Positions 1 through 9,652 of a stretch of DNA of 64,000 bases are shown here, piece after piece. The first letter of the stretch is position 1, and every line of letters begins with the position of its first letter. The notes under the pieces were generated by a model that saw only the letters and a program-made list of their open reading frames with translations, had not been told where the DNA came from and searched no databases. Position numbers and translations under genes: made by a program. This DNA is from an uncultured Planctomycetales bacterium (lineage in GTDB: Bacteria > Omnitrophota > Gorgyraeia > Gygaellales > Profunditerraquicolaceae): positions 80,352 to 144,351 of the forward strand of contig CAZYCL010000002.1 in assembly GCA_964645795.1 (NCBI GenBank), in the 5' to 3' direction.

Positions 1-650
1 AGATCACCCAGCTGCCCCAAAACCCCCAAACCTAACCCCACCAACACCAGGTGCGGATAAGAAAAACCCAACAACGGTTGACTGGCCAGGGCTGCGATGA
101 CGCTAAAGACCAGGCCTCCTACGGCCCCTTCAACGGTCTTCTTGGGGCTGATCTTGGGTAAAAGCGGCGTCTTGCCGAAACGGCTGCCGACCAGATACGC
201 CCCGATATCGCCAAGTTTGGTAATAAGCAGCACTGCCGATAAAAGGCCCAGCCCGCCGGACAGATACCTTATTTTTATAAGAAAACTAAAGAACCACGAC
301 ACATAAAGTATGCCGAAGATCGTAGTCGAGATATCGACGGTAACACCCGAGTTCTGCCTGCGCCTGAACTGCATGATGACCAAAAACAGCATGGCCAGGA
401 CTATGAATAACAGCTCCCAGCTCTTGGTAGTCTCAAAACGGGCCATGATCGACAAGGGTATGGCCAGGCCCATGCCGATACCGAAGTACTTATAGACATT
501 AATGCCCTTCTTCTCCAGCATCGTGTAGAACTCATAGAGCCCCAGGGCGATAAAGCCGGTAACGGCCAGGGAGCAAAGCCAGTCCAGGAATATCACGGCA
601 ATGATTATGCCGATGAGCAATACCGCGCTAAAGACCCTTTTTAAAAGCAT
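1..650 (-). CDS. cdsA: Phosphatidate cytidylyltransferase (CDP-diglyceride synthase), truncated at the window edge. My own reverse-complement translation gives MLLKRVFSAVLLIGIIIAVIF...SPKKTVEGAVGG. It is not in the ORF track because there is no stop codon inside the window.
   Basis: The SPKKTVEG motif and multi-TM hydrophobic profile are typical of CdsA. The gene lies directly downstream of uppS, which is the classical order. The ATG is at 648-650, preceded by an in-frame TAG, and overlaps the uppS stop by about 23 nt. Confidence 0.7.
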   Translation of the reverse strand, partial: MLLKRVFSAVLLIGIIIAVIFLDWLCSLAVTGFIALGLYEFYTMLEKKGINVYKYFGIGMGLAIPLSIMARFETTKSWELLFIVLAMLFLVIMQFRRRQNSGVTVDISTTIFGILYVSWFFSFLIKIRYLSGGLGLLSAVLLITKLGDIGAYLVGSRFGKTPLLPKISPKKTVEGAVGGLVFSVIAALASQPLLGFSYPHLVLVGLGLGVLGQLGD

Positions 651-1359
651 CTACTTTCCCGAACCTCCTTTCACGCTTACGGTATTCTCCGATCGCCTGA
701 TCCAGGTCTTCGTCCTTGAAATCCGGCCAGAATTTCGCGCAAAAATAAAGCTCGGCGTAAGAAAGCTGCCAAAGCAGGAAATTACTGATTCGCTGCTCGC
801 CGCTGGTGCGCACCAGGAGGTCTGGATCCGGTATACCGGAGGTATAAAGGTATGAAGCAAATATCTTCTCATCAAGCGTATCTATCGAGATTTTCCCGCC
901 CAGGACGTCGCGCGCAAAACTTTTTGCCGCATCCACTATCTCCTGCTGCCCGCCGTAATTAAGCGCCAGGGTCACTGTCAATCCGTCGTTGCCGGCGGTA
1001 TCGCGCTCGGCTTGCCTTATCTTGTCCTGGAGCCTGGCCGGGATAGGCTCGCCCCTGCCCACGGCCAGGAAGCGTACGTTATTGGCGCTGAATTCCTTGA
1101 TTTCGTTATCCAGGAACATGTCGAGATAGCGCATAAGCGCCTCTATCTCTTCTTTGGGGCGGTCCCAGTTCTCCGTCGAGAAAGCAAAAAACGTGGCAAA
1201 CCGGATCCCGATCCTGGCCGCATGGCGGATGACTTCCCTGACTCTTTCGATGCCCTCCTTATGGCCGGCTATCCTGGGCAGGTTCTTGTCTTTGGCCCAA
1301 CGGCCGTTTCCATCCATTATGAAAGCTATATGGAGGGGAAGATCGTTTTTCTCAGGCAT
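628..1359 (-). CDS. uppS: Undecaprenyl-diphosphate synthase (cis-prenyltransferase)
   Basis: 243 aa. The N-terminus reads HIAFIMDGNGRWA and there is an RTSGE..R.S.FLLWQ..Y.E.YF C-terminal signature, both typical of UppS. Confidence 0.93.
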   Translation of the reverse strand: MPEKNDLPLHIAFIMDGNGRWAKDKNLPRIAGHKEGIERVREVIRHAARIGIRFATFFAFSTENWDRPKEEIEALMRYLDMFLDNEIKEFSANNVRFLAVGRGEPIPARLQDKIRQAERDTAGNDGLTVTLALNYGGQQEIVDAAKSFARDVLGGKISIDTLDEKIFASYLYTSGIPDPDLLVRTSGEQRISNFLLWQLSYAELYFCAKFWPDFKDEDLDQAIGEYRKRERRFGKVDAFKKGL

Positions 1360-1469
1360 ACCTAAAAAATCAAATAGCGTTAACGGCAGAATCCAAAAGA
1401 CCGAATCAGGCCTGCAGGAGCTTGCCTATAACGCCATTGACCCTTTAACGTTATAAGATTGGTTTAACC

Positions 1470-3050
1470 CTACTGATGGAGGCGATAATCTATGCCGGGG
1501 AAAAGATTATCTTTATGCTCGATATCCGCAAGCCACTCCTCGTCAACGGAGTTGGACCTTATATCTTCATAAAGGCGGCCGAACCTCAACAGGTGCTCTT
1601 TAGTGCGGCGTACAGCGTACTCCACATGGGTACCCGTGCCCATAATAAAACCCCAATCCGAGCTCTGGGCCAGCAGGAGTTCTCTTAAGGCCTGGTTCAA
1701 CGCCCTCTTTAGCAGGCCGTTGGTGTCCTGGTAACTGCGTGCCAGCTGCGTCATGCGCTCGGATGCGTTGTGCAGATGCCGGTAGATCCAATCGTTTGAA
1801 CCCTGAAGCCACATCTCGCTGTAACCCTTCCAGCCCCAGCTCGACATCGAAGGCACGATAACCTGATTGCGCGGGTTCTCCGCCAGATACTCGGAAGGGG
1901 TTATCAGCCTTATCTCATCCTGATCAAAGTGGATCTTCCTGATCAGGAAATCCAGCCACTGCGGACCTTCGTACCACCAGTGGCCGTAGAGCTCGGCGTC
2001 GTACGGAGAGACGATTATCGGTTTCTTCTGCATGAAGTCATAAAGGTGCTCGATCTGTCTCTGGCGGTTGAACATAAAGTTGCCGGCATGGTCCGCGGCT
2101 TTATCCCGCGCCCACTGCGGAATATACGGCTCTTTATTGTTGCCGGTTCCCGTGATCCGGTAATATTTTATCCCGGTATTGATGCGTATGCCATCGGGAT
2201 GTATATAGGGCTTTATGTAGTCGAACTCCAGGTCAAAACCTATGTCACGGTAAAACTCCCGGTAATTGTAATCTCCGGGGTAACCTTCTATTGACGACCA
2301 GACCTGTTTCGAAGATTCGAGGTCCCTGGCAAAGCAGGCCACTCCCGTGCCCTTGCAGTAGACCGGGGCGAATACCCCGTACTTCGGGCGAGGCGTGCCG
2401 TGCAGCACGCCGTGAGAGTCGCTGAAGAAGAAACGGATGCCGGCTTCTTTGAGTATTTCGTCCTGACCCGGGTAATAACCGCACTCAGGCAGCCATATTC
2501 CGCGCGGCCTCCTGCCGAAGACGCTTTCATAATGGGCTGCCGCTACCTTTACCTGCGCGCGCACAGACTCCCTGCTTACCTCCATCAAAGGAAAGTAGCC
2601 GTGGGTAGCCCCGCAGGTAATGATCTCCAGCTTTCCCATATCCTGAAAAGACTTGAAGGCATTGACGAGATTGCGATTATAGCGCTCGAACGTATCCCTG
2701 GCCCTGCAGAAATTATTAAGGTACATCGTAGCCAGCCCCTGAAAATGGGGCTGCCACATGTTCCTTTCGATCTCGCGATGCGCCAGCTCTATCAGCCTGT
2801 TTATGTGTTTGAGGTAGCGGCCCTGCAGCAAGGGATCCGCCAGCATCGAGATAAGGGTAGGGCTTAAGGTCATGGTGAGCCTGAAGTCCACTTTATCCGA
2901 GATCAGGTTCTCAAAAACGTTGATGAGCGGCACATACGTCTCGGTTATCGCCTCATAGAGCCAATCCTCCTCCAGGAAATCCTCGTGTTCCGGATGCCTG
3001 ACAAAAGGTAGGTGCCCGTGCAGAACAAGACAAAGGTATCCTTTATGCAT
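1470..3050 (-). CDS. GH57-family glycoside hydrolase, a putative alpha-1,4-glucan branching enzyme (GlgB-like, DUF1957 type)
   Basis: 526 aa with an N-terminal YLCLVLHGHLPFVRHPE block, which is characteristic of GH57 branching enzymes. Confidence 0.8.
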   Translation of the reverse strand: MHKGYLCLVLHGHLPFVRHPEHEDFLEEDWLYEAITETYVPLINVFENLISDKVDFRLTMTLSPTLISMLADPLLQGRYLKHINRLIELAHREIERNMWQPHFQGLATMYLNNFCRARDTFERYNRNLVNAFKSFQDMGKLEIITCGATHGYFPLMEVSRESVRAQVKVAAAHYESVFGRRPRGIWLPECGYYPGQDEILKEAGIRFFFSDSHGVLHGTPRPKYGVFAPVYCKGTGVACFARDLESSKQVWSSIEGYPGDYNYREFYRDIGFDLEFDYIKPYIHPDGIRINTGIKYYRITGTGNNKEPYIPQWARDKAADHAGNFMFNRQRQIEHLYDFMQKKPIIVSPYDAELYGHWWYEGPQWLDFLIRKIHFDQDEIRLITPSEYLAENPRNQVIVPSMSSWGWKGYSEMWLQGSNDWIYRHLHNASERMTQLARSYQDTNGLLKRALNQALRELLLAQSSDWGFIMGTGTHVEYAVRRTKEHLLRFGRLYEDIRSNSVDEEWLADIEHKDNLFPGIDYRLHQ

Positions 3051-3060
3051 TTTTCTCCTA

Positions 3061-4071
3061 TTACTCCTTTACCAAAGAGCTGTATTTGGTCTCGCGCGAG
3101 ACTATCGGGGTAACTGTCCTTTCCTCTATCTGGTCGGCCGATACTGCCTTGACCGGTATGAATTGTTTGCCGTCAGGCAGGGCGTAGCGTAAAGTGAATG
3201 TGCCGTCGGGGCGCAGCTGGATCTGGCGGCCCTGGACCGTCACCTTGGCGTCGGGCTCGGTAGCCCCGTAAACTATCAATTCGCAGTCAACCCACATCCA
3301 GAACTTGCGCGCCTTTTCGCCTTTCTTGACGGGGCTGGCCATGGAAGCCATGCCGGGTGAAGCCAATACTCCGGAGAACAGCGCCCTCTTCATCTGCTCC
3401 TGCCAGCCTTTGCCGGGAGAGCTCTGCCCAAGGCCAAAACCCATGCCGTATAGACGGGCGAACATATCATCGGGGATCATCCATTCTTCGTCGGTTATCC
3501 AGGAAGGCCCGTCCAGAGGAGTCTGCACGACGTTAGAGCGCAGTATCACCACGAACCTGCCGTCAGGAAGAAGCAACCCCAGATCCACGCACCAGGACCT
3601 TCCGGGTCCGGCGGTATCGATATACCAGCTGTTGGCGTAATCGTTGATATGTATGTCAAATGACCGGTTGGCGTTGGCGCCGTTAAAGATGATGCTGGTG
3701 ACATCGTAAACCCTGAGTATCTTTTTGGACCGGTAAAAATCATCCCTAAGCTCGTCCTTTAACCGCTCGTAAGTAGCGCCCCTTACCTCCCAGTAAGCGT
3801 GAAGCCACCAGGGGTCGCGCACCTGAAGCACCATCCTGTCTTTATCATACTGATAAGGCAGCTCCTGCGGCATCGGACGGCGCATACGCGGCACTTCCGG
3901 ATGCGAAAACTTGGCCGTACCTATCACGGTCTCCTGTGCGCCCAGGACCTCTTTCTGGGCCGCTGCTGCGGCGACGGGCTTCTTTTCGCTCTTCTTGACG
4001 GCGTCCCTCTTCAAACTCGGCTTTGCTACGATCTTCTTGATCCGGTCTTTGATCCTTCTGATAATCGCCAT
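3061..4071 (-). CDS. DUF4912-family protein, which commonly sits beside GH57 glucan enzymes
   Basis: 336 aa with a Lys/Ala-rich N-terminus followed by a conserved WW/Y-rich core (PWWLHAYWEV...WYID). Adjacent and co-directional with the GH57 gene. Confidence 0.55.
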   Translation of the reverse strand: MAIIRRIKDRIKKIVAKPSLKRDAVKKSEKKPVAAAAAQKEVLGAQETVIGTAKFSHPEVPRMRRPMPQELPYQYDKDRMVLQVRDPWWLHAYWEVRGATYERLKDELRDDFYRSKKILRVYDVTSIIFNGANANRSFDIHINDYANSWYIDTAGPGRSWCVDLGLLLPDGRFVVILRSNVVQTPLDGPSWITDEEWMIPDDMFARLYGMGFGLGQSSPGKGWQEQMKRALFSGVLASPGMASMASPVKKGEKARKFWMWVDCELIVYGATEPDAKVTVQGRQIQLRPDGTFTLRYALPDGKQFIPVKAVSADQIEERTVTPIVSRETKYSSLVKE

Positions 4072-4104
4072 ATATCACCCCTCCTGTCTGTGACGGCCTA
4101 AACT

Positions 4105-4127
4105 AAAAAAGGGGATCGAATCCCCTT
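4105..4127 (-). terminator. Rho-independent terminator hairpin (GGGGATTCGATCCCC stem followed by a T-tract in the minus-strand sense)
   Basis: The plus strand reads aaaaaaGGGGATCGAATCCCCtt about 44 nt downstream of the stop of the 4171-4539 gene. It is a perfect 6-bp GC stem with a run of U residues on the transcribed strand. Confidence 0.7.
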
Positions 4128-4170
4128 ATCAAATAGAACTGCGGCTCTTCGTCCTCCTCGTTATTTTACA

Positions 4171-4539
4171 TTATCTTTTACGCGTATCCGATCTATCGGC
4201 TGAGCGCGCCGTATTACCAACGGCGCCGGATCTGTTATGCTTGGCCAGCTCTTCCTTAAGGCTATTGTTTACCAGCTGCTCTTGAAGGAGCGCTTTTTTG
4301 GTCGCCTGATGCGCGGCCCTTTCGGCTGCCAGCTCATCCTCCTTGGCCTTTAGCCTATCGTCAAACTCCTGCCTCTCCTGGCTAAACTTTACCAGCTTCT
4401 CTTCCGCATCAAGCCTGGCAGCCATCTCTTTATCGCGGGCCCTCTTTTGACGCAAGCTGCCGTTACAGGAGTTGATACTGGTGATGAAGAAAATCGCACA
4501 GATGATGCTTAAAATTATCGTGGGGCTATTCTTAGCCAT
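4171..4539 (-). CDS. Small predicted lipoprotein or secreted coiled-coil protein (hypothetical)
   Basis: 122 aa. It has a hydrophobic N-terminus ending ..SINSC, followed by a highly charged heptad-like KE/AR-rich helix. Confidence 0.5.
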   Translation of the reverse strand: MAKNSPTIILSIICAIFFITSINSCNGSLRQKRARDKEMAARLDAEEKLVKFSQERQEFDDRLKAKEDELAAERAAHQATKKALLQEQLVNNSLKEELAKHNRSGAVGNTARSADRSDTRKR

Positions 4540-4580
4540 TATACCCTTGCCGGCCTATTGAAATGGTTTTTAAGCTTGGT

Positions 4581-5225
4581 TTACTTTAGGTAACTGGCGG
4601 CCCCTGCGGAAGGGAGCTCTTCCCCGCCCTTGACCTTGGTGATCTTGGGCATAACCACTATCTCAACCCTGCGGTTTGAATGACGGCCTTCGACCGTATC
4701 ATTGGAGGAGACCGGCCGATATTCGCCGTAACCGATCGCGGATAGGCGTTCCGGGCTTATCCCTCTTTCGTTGACCATATAATGCAATACGCTCAAAGCC
4801 CTGCCGGTGGAAAGCTCCCAGTTGGATTTCCACTTCGAGTGCCTTATCGGCTGGTTATCGGTATGACCTTCGATGCCGACGCTGTAAGAAGAAAGCTCGT
4901 CCTTGAGGATGGAGCTGACTTTATCAAGAATGGGATAACCCTCTTTTTTGATCTTGGCCTTTCCCGAATCAAAAAGCAGGTCGCCTACGACGGTGATCAC
5001 TAAACCCTTCTCCATCATCTGCAGCTTAACCTGGCTGTCGCCTATTTCGGTATTCAGCCTCTCTTCAAGAAGCTTTCTGGCGCGGCTGAGCTCATCAACC
5101 TCGTCTGCCAGCTCCTGTATCTTCTCCAGGTCCGAACGCCTGCCTTTTTGGATAACAAAGGTGCAGCCGCTTAAAAAAACGAATAGAACGACGAAAGCCA
5201 ACCCCTGGAAAAATTTACGATTCAT
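4581..5225 (-). CDS. OmpA/MotB-domain lipoprotein, a peptidoglycan-associated (Pal-like) protein
   Basis: 214 aa. It has a signal peptide with an LSGC lipobox. The C-terminal OmpA-like domain contains GHTDN..G....N..LS..RA and RRVEIVV. Confidence 0.85.
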   Translation of the reverse strand: MNRKFFQGLAFVVLFVFLSGCTFVIQKGRRSDLEKIQELADEVDELSRARKLLEERLNTEIGDSQVKLQMMEKGLVITVVGDLLFDSGKAKIKKEGYPILDKVSSILKDELSSYSVGIEGHTDNQPIRHSKWKSNWELSTGRALSVLHYMVNERGISPERLSAIGYGEYRPVSSNDTVEGRHSNRRVEIVVMPKITKVKGGEELPSAGAASYLK

Positions 5226-5257
5226 GGAAGACCTCCTTTAAGATTTTCCGAAAAATC

Positions 5258-5286
5258 ACTATAACACAAGGCTGAACCATAGTCAA
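5258..5286 (-). promoter_or_regulatory. Candidate sigma70-type promoter for the OmpA-family lipoprotein gene
   Basis: The minus-strand sense reads TTGACT, a 17-bp spacer, then TATAGT. About 20 nt downstream is the Shine-Dalgarno AAAGGAGG, sitting 7 nt before the ATG at 5225. Confidence 0.5.
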
Positions 5287-5335
5287 GAATTTTTCGCTAA
5301 GCACTTTTTATGTCAACTCCTTGCCATGTAGGGAT

Positions 5336-6622
<1,287 letters not shown>

Positions 6623-7861
6623 TTACGGCGTCATGGTAAAGATCTTCTGCGCGATATCCGGGTATTTAGCGACAAACTTCAGCTCGTCGTCTACCAGGGG
6701 CTTCTGGTTATGGACGTTGGCGTAACGCACCAGCTCCAGGATCTTTGCAGCCTGCTCCTCGCTATCAAAGGCCACTTCCAGCTTATCGTAAACATTCCTG
6801 AAGCCCTTGATCCCCGAGTATTCTCCGGCGGTGATCTTGCGGCCGGTCTCGATTATCTCGGGGTCCCCCCTGCCCAGCTCCTCAAAGTCGTAAAGCTCGT
6901 AATTACGCCTGTCCTTCAGGGCCCCGTCGGCGTGTATCCCCGACTCATGGGCGAAGGCGTTTGCGCCTACCCCGGGCTGATTGATGGGAATGGGCACGCC
7001 GAAAGCATACGAAGCGTAAGTGCATACCTTCCACGCTTTTTTAAGGTCGATGCGCTCATCCAGGCGGTAATCTTTCATGCCGCTTCCGTATTTAATGGCC
7101 AATACTACCGATACCAGGTCAGCGTTACCCGCACGCTCCCCCATGCCGTTTATGCAGGTGTTGATGAAGGCATCCTGCCCGCAGTCATTGGCGGCCCTGG
7201 CACCCGCGATGGAGTTAGCCACGACCAGACCCAGATCATTGTGACAATGTATCTCTATCGGTATCTGGACGGCCTCGGCCAGCTTTTTGATCCTTTCGTA
7301 TATGCTGAAAGGCGTGTCAAAGCCCAGCGTATCGCAGTAGCGGATCCTGTCGGCTCCGGCTTCTTTGGCGGCCAGGGAAAACTCAATAAGGTAATCCATG
7401 CGCGTCCTTGAGGCATCTTCGGCGTTTACGCCCAGGGCCTGTGCGCCGGCCTTGCGCGCCTCCTTTACCGCCTCCGCCATCTCGTTGATCACCGAAGCGT
7501 GGTCAAGCTTGCCTTTGAATTTATGCATGATCATCTGGTCGCTGGTGGAGATGGAAAGGTTCAGGTATTTTATATGCGGCACCGACTTGAAAGCGGCCCT
7601 CACGTCTTCCCTGGTAGCGCGGATCCAGCCGCTCAGCCTTATCGGAGACATAGCCCCGGCCTTCACCAGCTCGAGATTGGCGTTTAGATAATTGGTCTCG
7701 TGCCGCGTTACCGGAAAGCCGAACTCGGATTGGAACACCCCGAATTCGTTGAAATAAAGATTGAGCATCGTCTTCTGCAGCTTTGAGAGGCATATGCGCG
7801 AGGTCTGCACGCCGTCCCGGTTAGTCACGTCGATTATATAGATATTGGGCGTCTTCTTCAT
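6623..7861 (-). CDS. HMGL-like (DRE-TIM) synthase of the homocitrate / isopropylmalate / citramalate / Re-citrate synthase family, lacking a LeuA-dimer regulatory domain
   Basis: 412 aa. It has an N-terminal IIDVTNRDGVQT block, the metal-site HCHNDLGLVVANS motif and AHESGIHADG, which together define the LeuA/NifV catalytic barrel. Confidence 0.7.
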   Translation of the reverse strand: MKKTPNIYIIDVTNRDGVQTSRICLSKLQKTMLNLYFNEFGVFQSEFGFPVTRHETNYLNANLELVKAGAMSPIRLSGWIRATREDVRAAFKSVPHIKYLNLSISTSDQMIMHKFKGKLDHASVINEMAEAVKEARKAGAQALGVNAEDASRTRMDYLIEFSLAAKEAGADRIRYCDTLGFDTPFSIYERIKKLAEAVQIPIEIHCHNDLGLVVANSIAGARAANDCGQDAFINTCINGMGERAGNADLVSVVLAIKYGSGMKDYRLDERIDLKKAWKVCTYASYAFGVPIPINQPGVGANAFAHESGIHADGALKDRRNYELYDFEELGRGDPEIIETGRKITAGEYSGIKGFRNVYDKLEVAFDSEEQAAKILELVRYANVHNQKPLVDDELKFVAKYPDIAQKIFTMTP

Positions 7862-7873
7862 TTATCGTCTCCT

Positions 7874-8674
7874 TTATTGCCTCTTGAAAATCTTCTTAAG
7901 CTCTTCTTTGCTGGGGGCCTCTGCCCCGGAGCTGTAGATCTCCTGGTTATTGACGAAGTATACCGGCCCGCTGCTAATCTGCAGGCTTCGGCCCAAGGAC
8001 AGGTTGTTCTCCAGGAGCGCCTTGCCTTCTTGCGAGCGCGCGCAAGCTTTTATCCGTTCGGCTGCCGCAGGCCCGATACAATCTTCCCACCAGCTGCTGT
8101 TAAACCTTGTTGCCCTGCAGATAATGTAATCCCAGAATTTTCCCGGATAAAGCCTCTCAACGCATACCGAGCGCAGATACTCCTCCGCCTCGGGATCCCC
8201 CTTGGTTTTATCAAGGCGGCTGGAGGCAAGCGGCAGAAAATGCACCCTGGGTTTGAAATCCTTCACGTTCGCCAGTATATCGGCGGCATTGGGATCATAC
8301 AGGCTTAAGAAAACATCTATCTGCCCTTTTATCCTGGGCCGGTCCAAAAAGTAGGATATGCCGCTAAGCCTCGATGATAACAGGTAATACTGGCCTTTCG
8401 GCTCAAGGTCGGCCTTGAGCATCTTAAACCCATACTCCTTATCTATATCCTTGGCGAACAGATATGCGGGCAGGCTTTTAATGGCCAGTTCGCCGACAAG
8501 CTGCGCCGCCTTGGCGGAGTTAGGATAATATATATGTGAAACCGTCAACCCCGGAAACCTTTTTTCCAGAAATTCTATCAGCGGAGAATTATCCGTGGGA
8601 AGCTGGTCCTTGGGGGTAATTACGGTCAAGGCGACCTTAGTGGCTGCGCTAAACTGGCAGCGAGAACCGGGCAA
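7874..8674 (-). CDS. Hypothetical protein, possibly a thioredoxin/DsbA-like fold without a CXXC motif
   Basis: 266 aa with no recognisable catalytic motif. The C-terminal ..PVYFVNNQEIY resembles a DsbA-like C-terminus. The true start is probably an internal Met. Confidence 0.3.
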   Translation of the reverse strand: MPGSRCQFSAATKVALTVITPKDQLPTDNSPLIEFLEKRFPGLTVSHIYYPNSAKAAQLVGELAIKSLPAYLFAKDIDKEYGFKMLKADLEPKGQYYLLSSRLSGISYFLDRPRIKGQIDVFLSLYDPNAADILANVKDFKPRVHFLPLASSRLDKTKGDPEAEEYLRSVCVERLYPGKFWDYIICRATRFNSSWWEDCIGPAAAERIKACARSQEGKALLENNLSLGRSLQISSGPVYFVNNQEIYSSGAEAPSKEELKKIFKRQ

Positions 8675-8725
8675 GCCCTTATCCCGTTTTGCCCGTTCAT
8701 GCCCTTTTTCGCACTTTGGGGGTTT

Positions 8726-9652
8726 TTAAAACCCGCGCGGGATATTGGTGGCCGTCTTTTTATCGTGTGGCACATCGCTGGTCAGCCTTATCCTGCGCGC
8801 CTTCCAGGATTTGATACTGGAACCTTCCACCTCCAGGGATAGCTCCCCCATCTCTCTGCCCTGCCAGAATGAATTAAGCATGATCGTCTTAGCGAACGCG
8901 CTGCCGGCAGGCATATCCGCGATCCTGCTGTTTGAATTTATATAAACATCTATTCCCTCTACCGTATTAAGAAGCTTCAAAAGCTGTTCTTTTTCCAGGC
9001 CCCCCAATACGACGATAAGGCAGGCGCCCTGCTTCTTAAGCTCAGCGACTGTCTTGGCTGCTGCGGCTACCGGGTCGAGTATCCGCGCGTCTTTGGGAAG
9101 CTTTCGCGGGGCCGGCATATTGGCGAGCGCCAGGACTACGACCTTGAGACCTCCTATCTCATTCACGATATATTCCTGTGCGCCGGGCATCTTTATGTTG
9201 CTGCAGACGAAATAAGGCCCGGTATCTAATACGCTCTTCTTAAGGAAATCATAACCAAAATTGAACTCCTCCTGAGTTATCGCAACCGCATCATAACCCA
9301 TTAACCCCATGGCCCGGACATTCACGCTGCTGCGCAGCTTATCCAGATCTTCATTCTGGGAGTATTCGTCAAAGAACCCGCCGGCCAGGAACCCTCCGGC
9401 ATCCAGGACCAGAAGATGCGCATGCTTTTTACGCATGTCCCTTAAAGCCGTAGCCCTCCGGGCAACCCCTCCTTCGGGACTCTTAGGGCAGCGGCAGGGA
9501 TAAAGCGCGGCGTGCGTCTGTCCGGTGTAAATAATGGCGAGCTTCTGTGAAGCTTCGGCTTTAGCCGGCGCCTGGGTGAAAAAGAGGCAGGCTAGCACGC
9601 ATAACCTGAGCGCTATCGCATTATTCATGGCCTTTTTATTTGTCTTCAGCAT
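8726..9652 (-). CDS. Secreted calcineurin-like metallophosphoesterase / 5'-nucleotidase-like protein whose catalytic residues appear degenerate
   Basis: 308 aa with a signal peptide (ALRLCVLACLFFTQAPAKA). The block layout AIIYTGQTHAAL / LDAGGFLAGG / AITQEEFNFGYDF parallels the UshA-type motifs ILHTND-H / DAGD / GNHEFD, but the His and Asp residues are replaced. Confidence 0.45.
   Translation of the reverse strand: MLKTNKKAMNNAIALRLCVLACLFFTQAPAKAEASQKLAIIYTGQTHAALYPCRCPKSPEGGVARRATALRDMRKKHAHLLVLDAGGFLAGGFFDEYSQNEDLDKLRSSVNVRAMGLMGYDAVAITQEEFNFGYDFLKKSVLDTGPYFVCSNIKMPGAQEYIVNEIGGLKVVVLALANMPAPRKLPKDARILDPVAAAAKTVAELKKQGACLIVVLGGLEKEQLLKLLNTVEGIDVYINSNSRIADMPAGSAFAKTIMLNSFWQGREMGELSLEVEGSSIKSWKARRIRLTSDVPHDKKTATNIPRGF

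Noticed and set aside
97-495. Plus-strand ORFs 97-306 and 310-495 from the ORF track
   Set aside because: They lie antisense within the truncated cdsA gene. The minus-strand frame gives a convincing CdsA sequence (SPKKTVEG).
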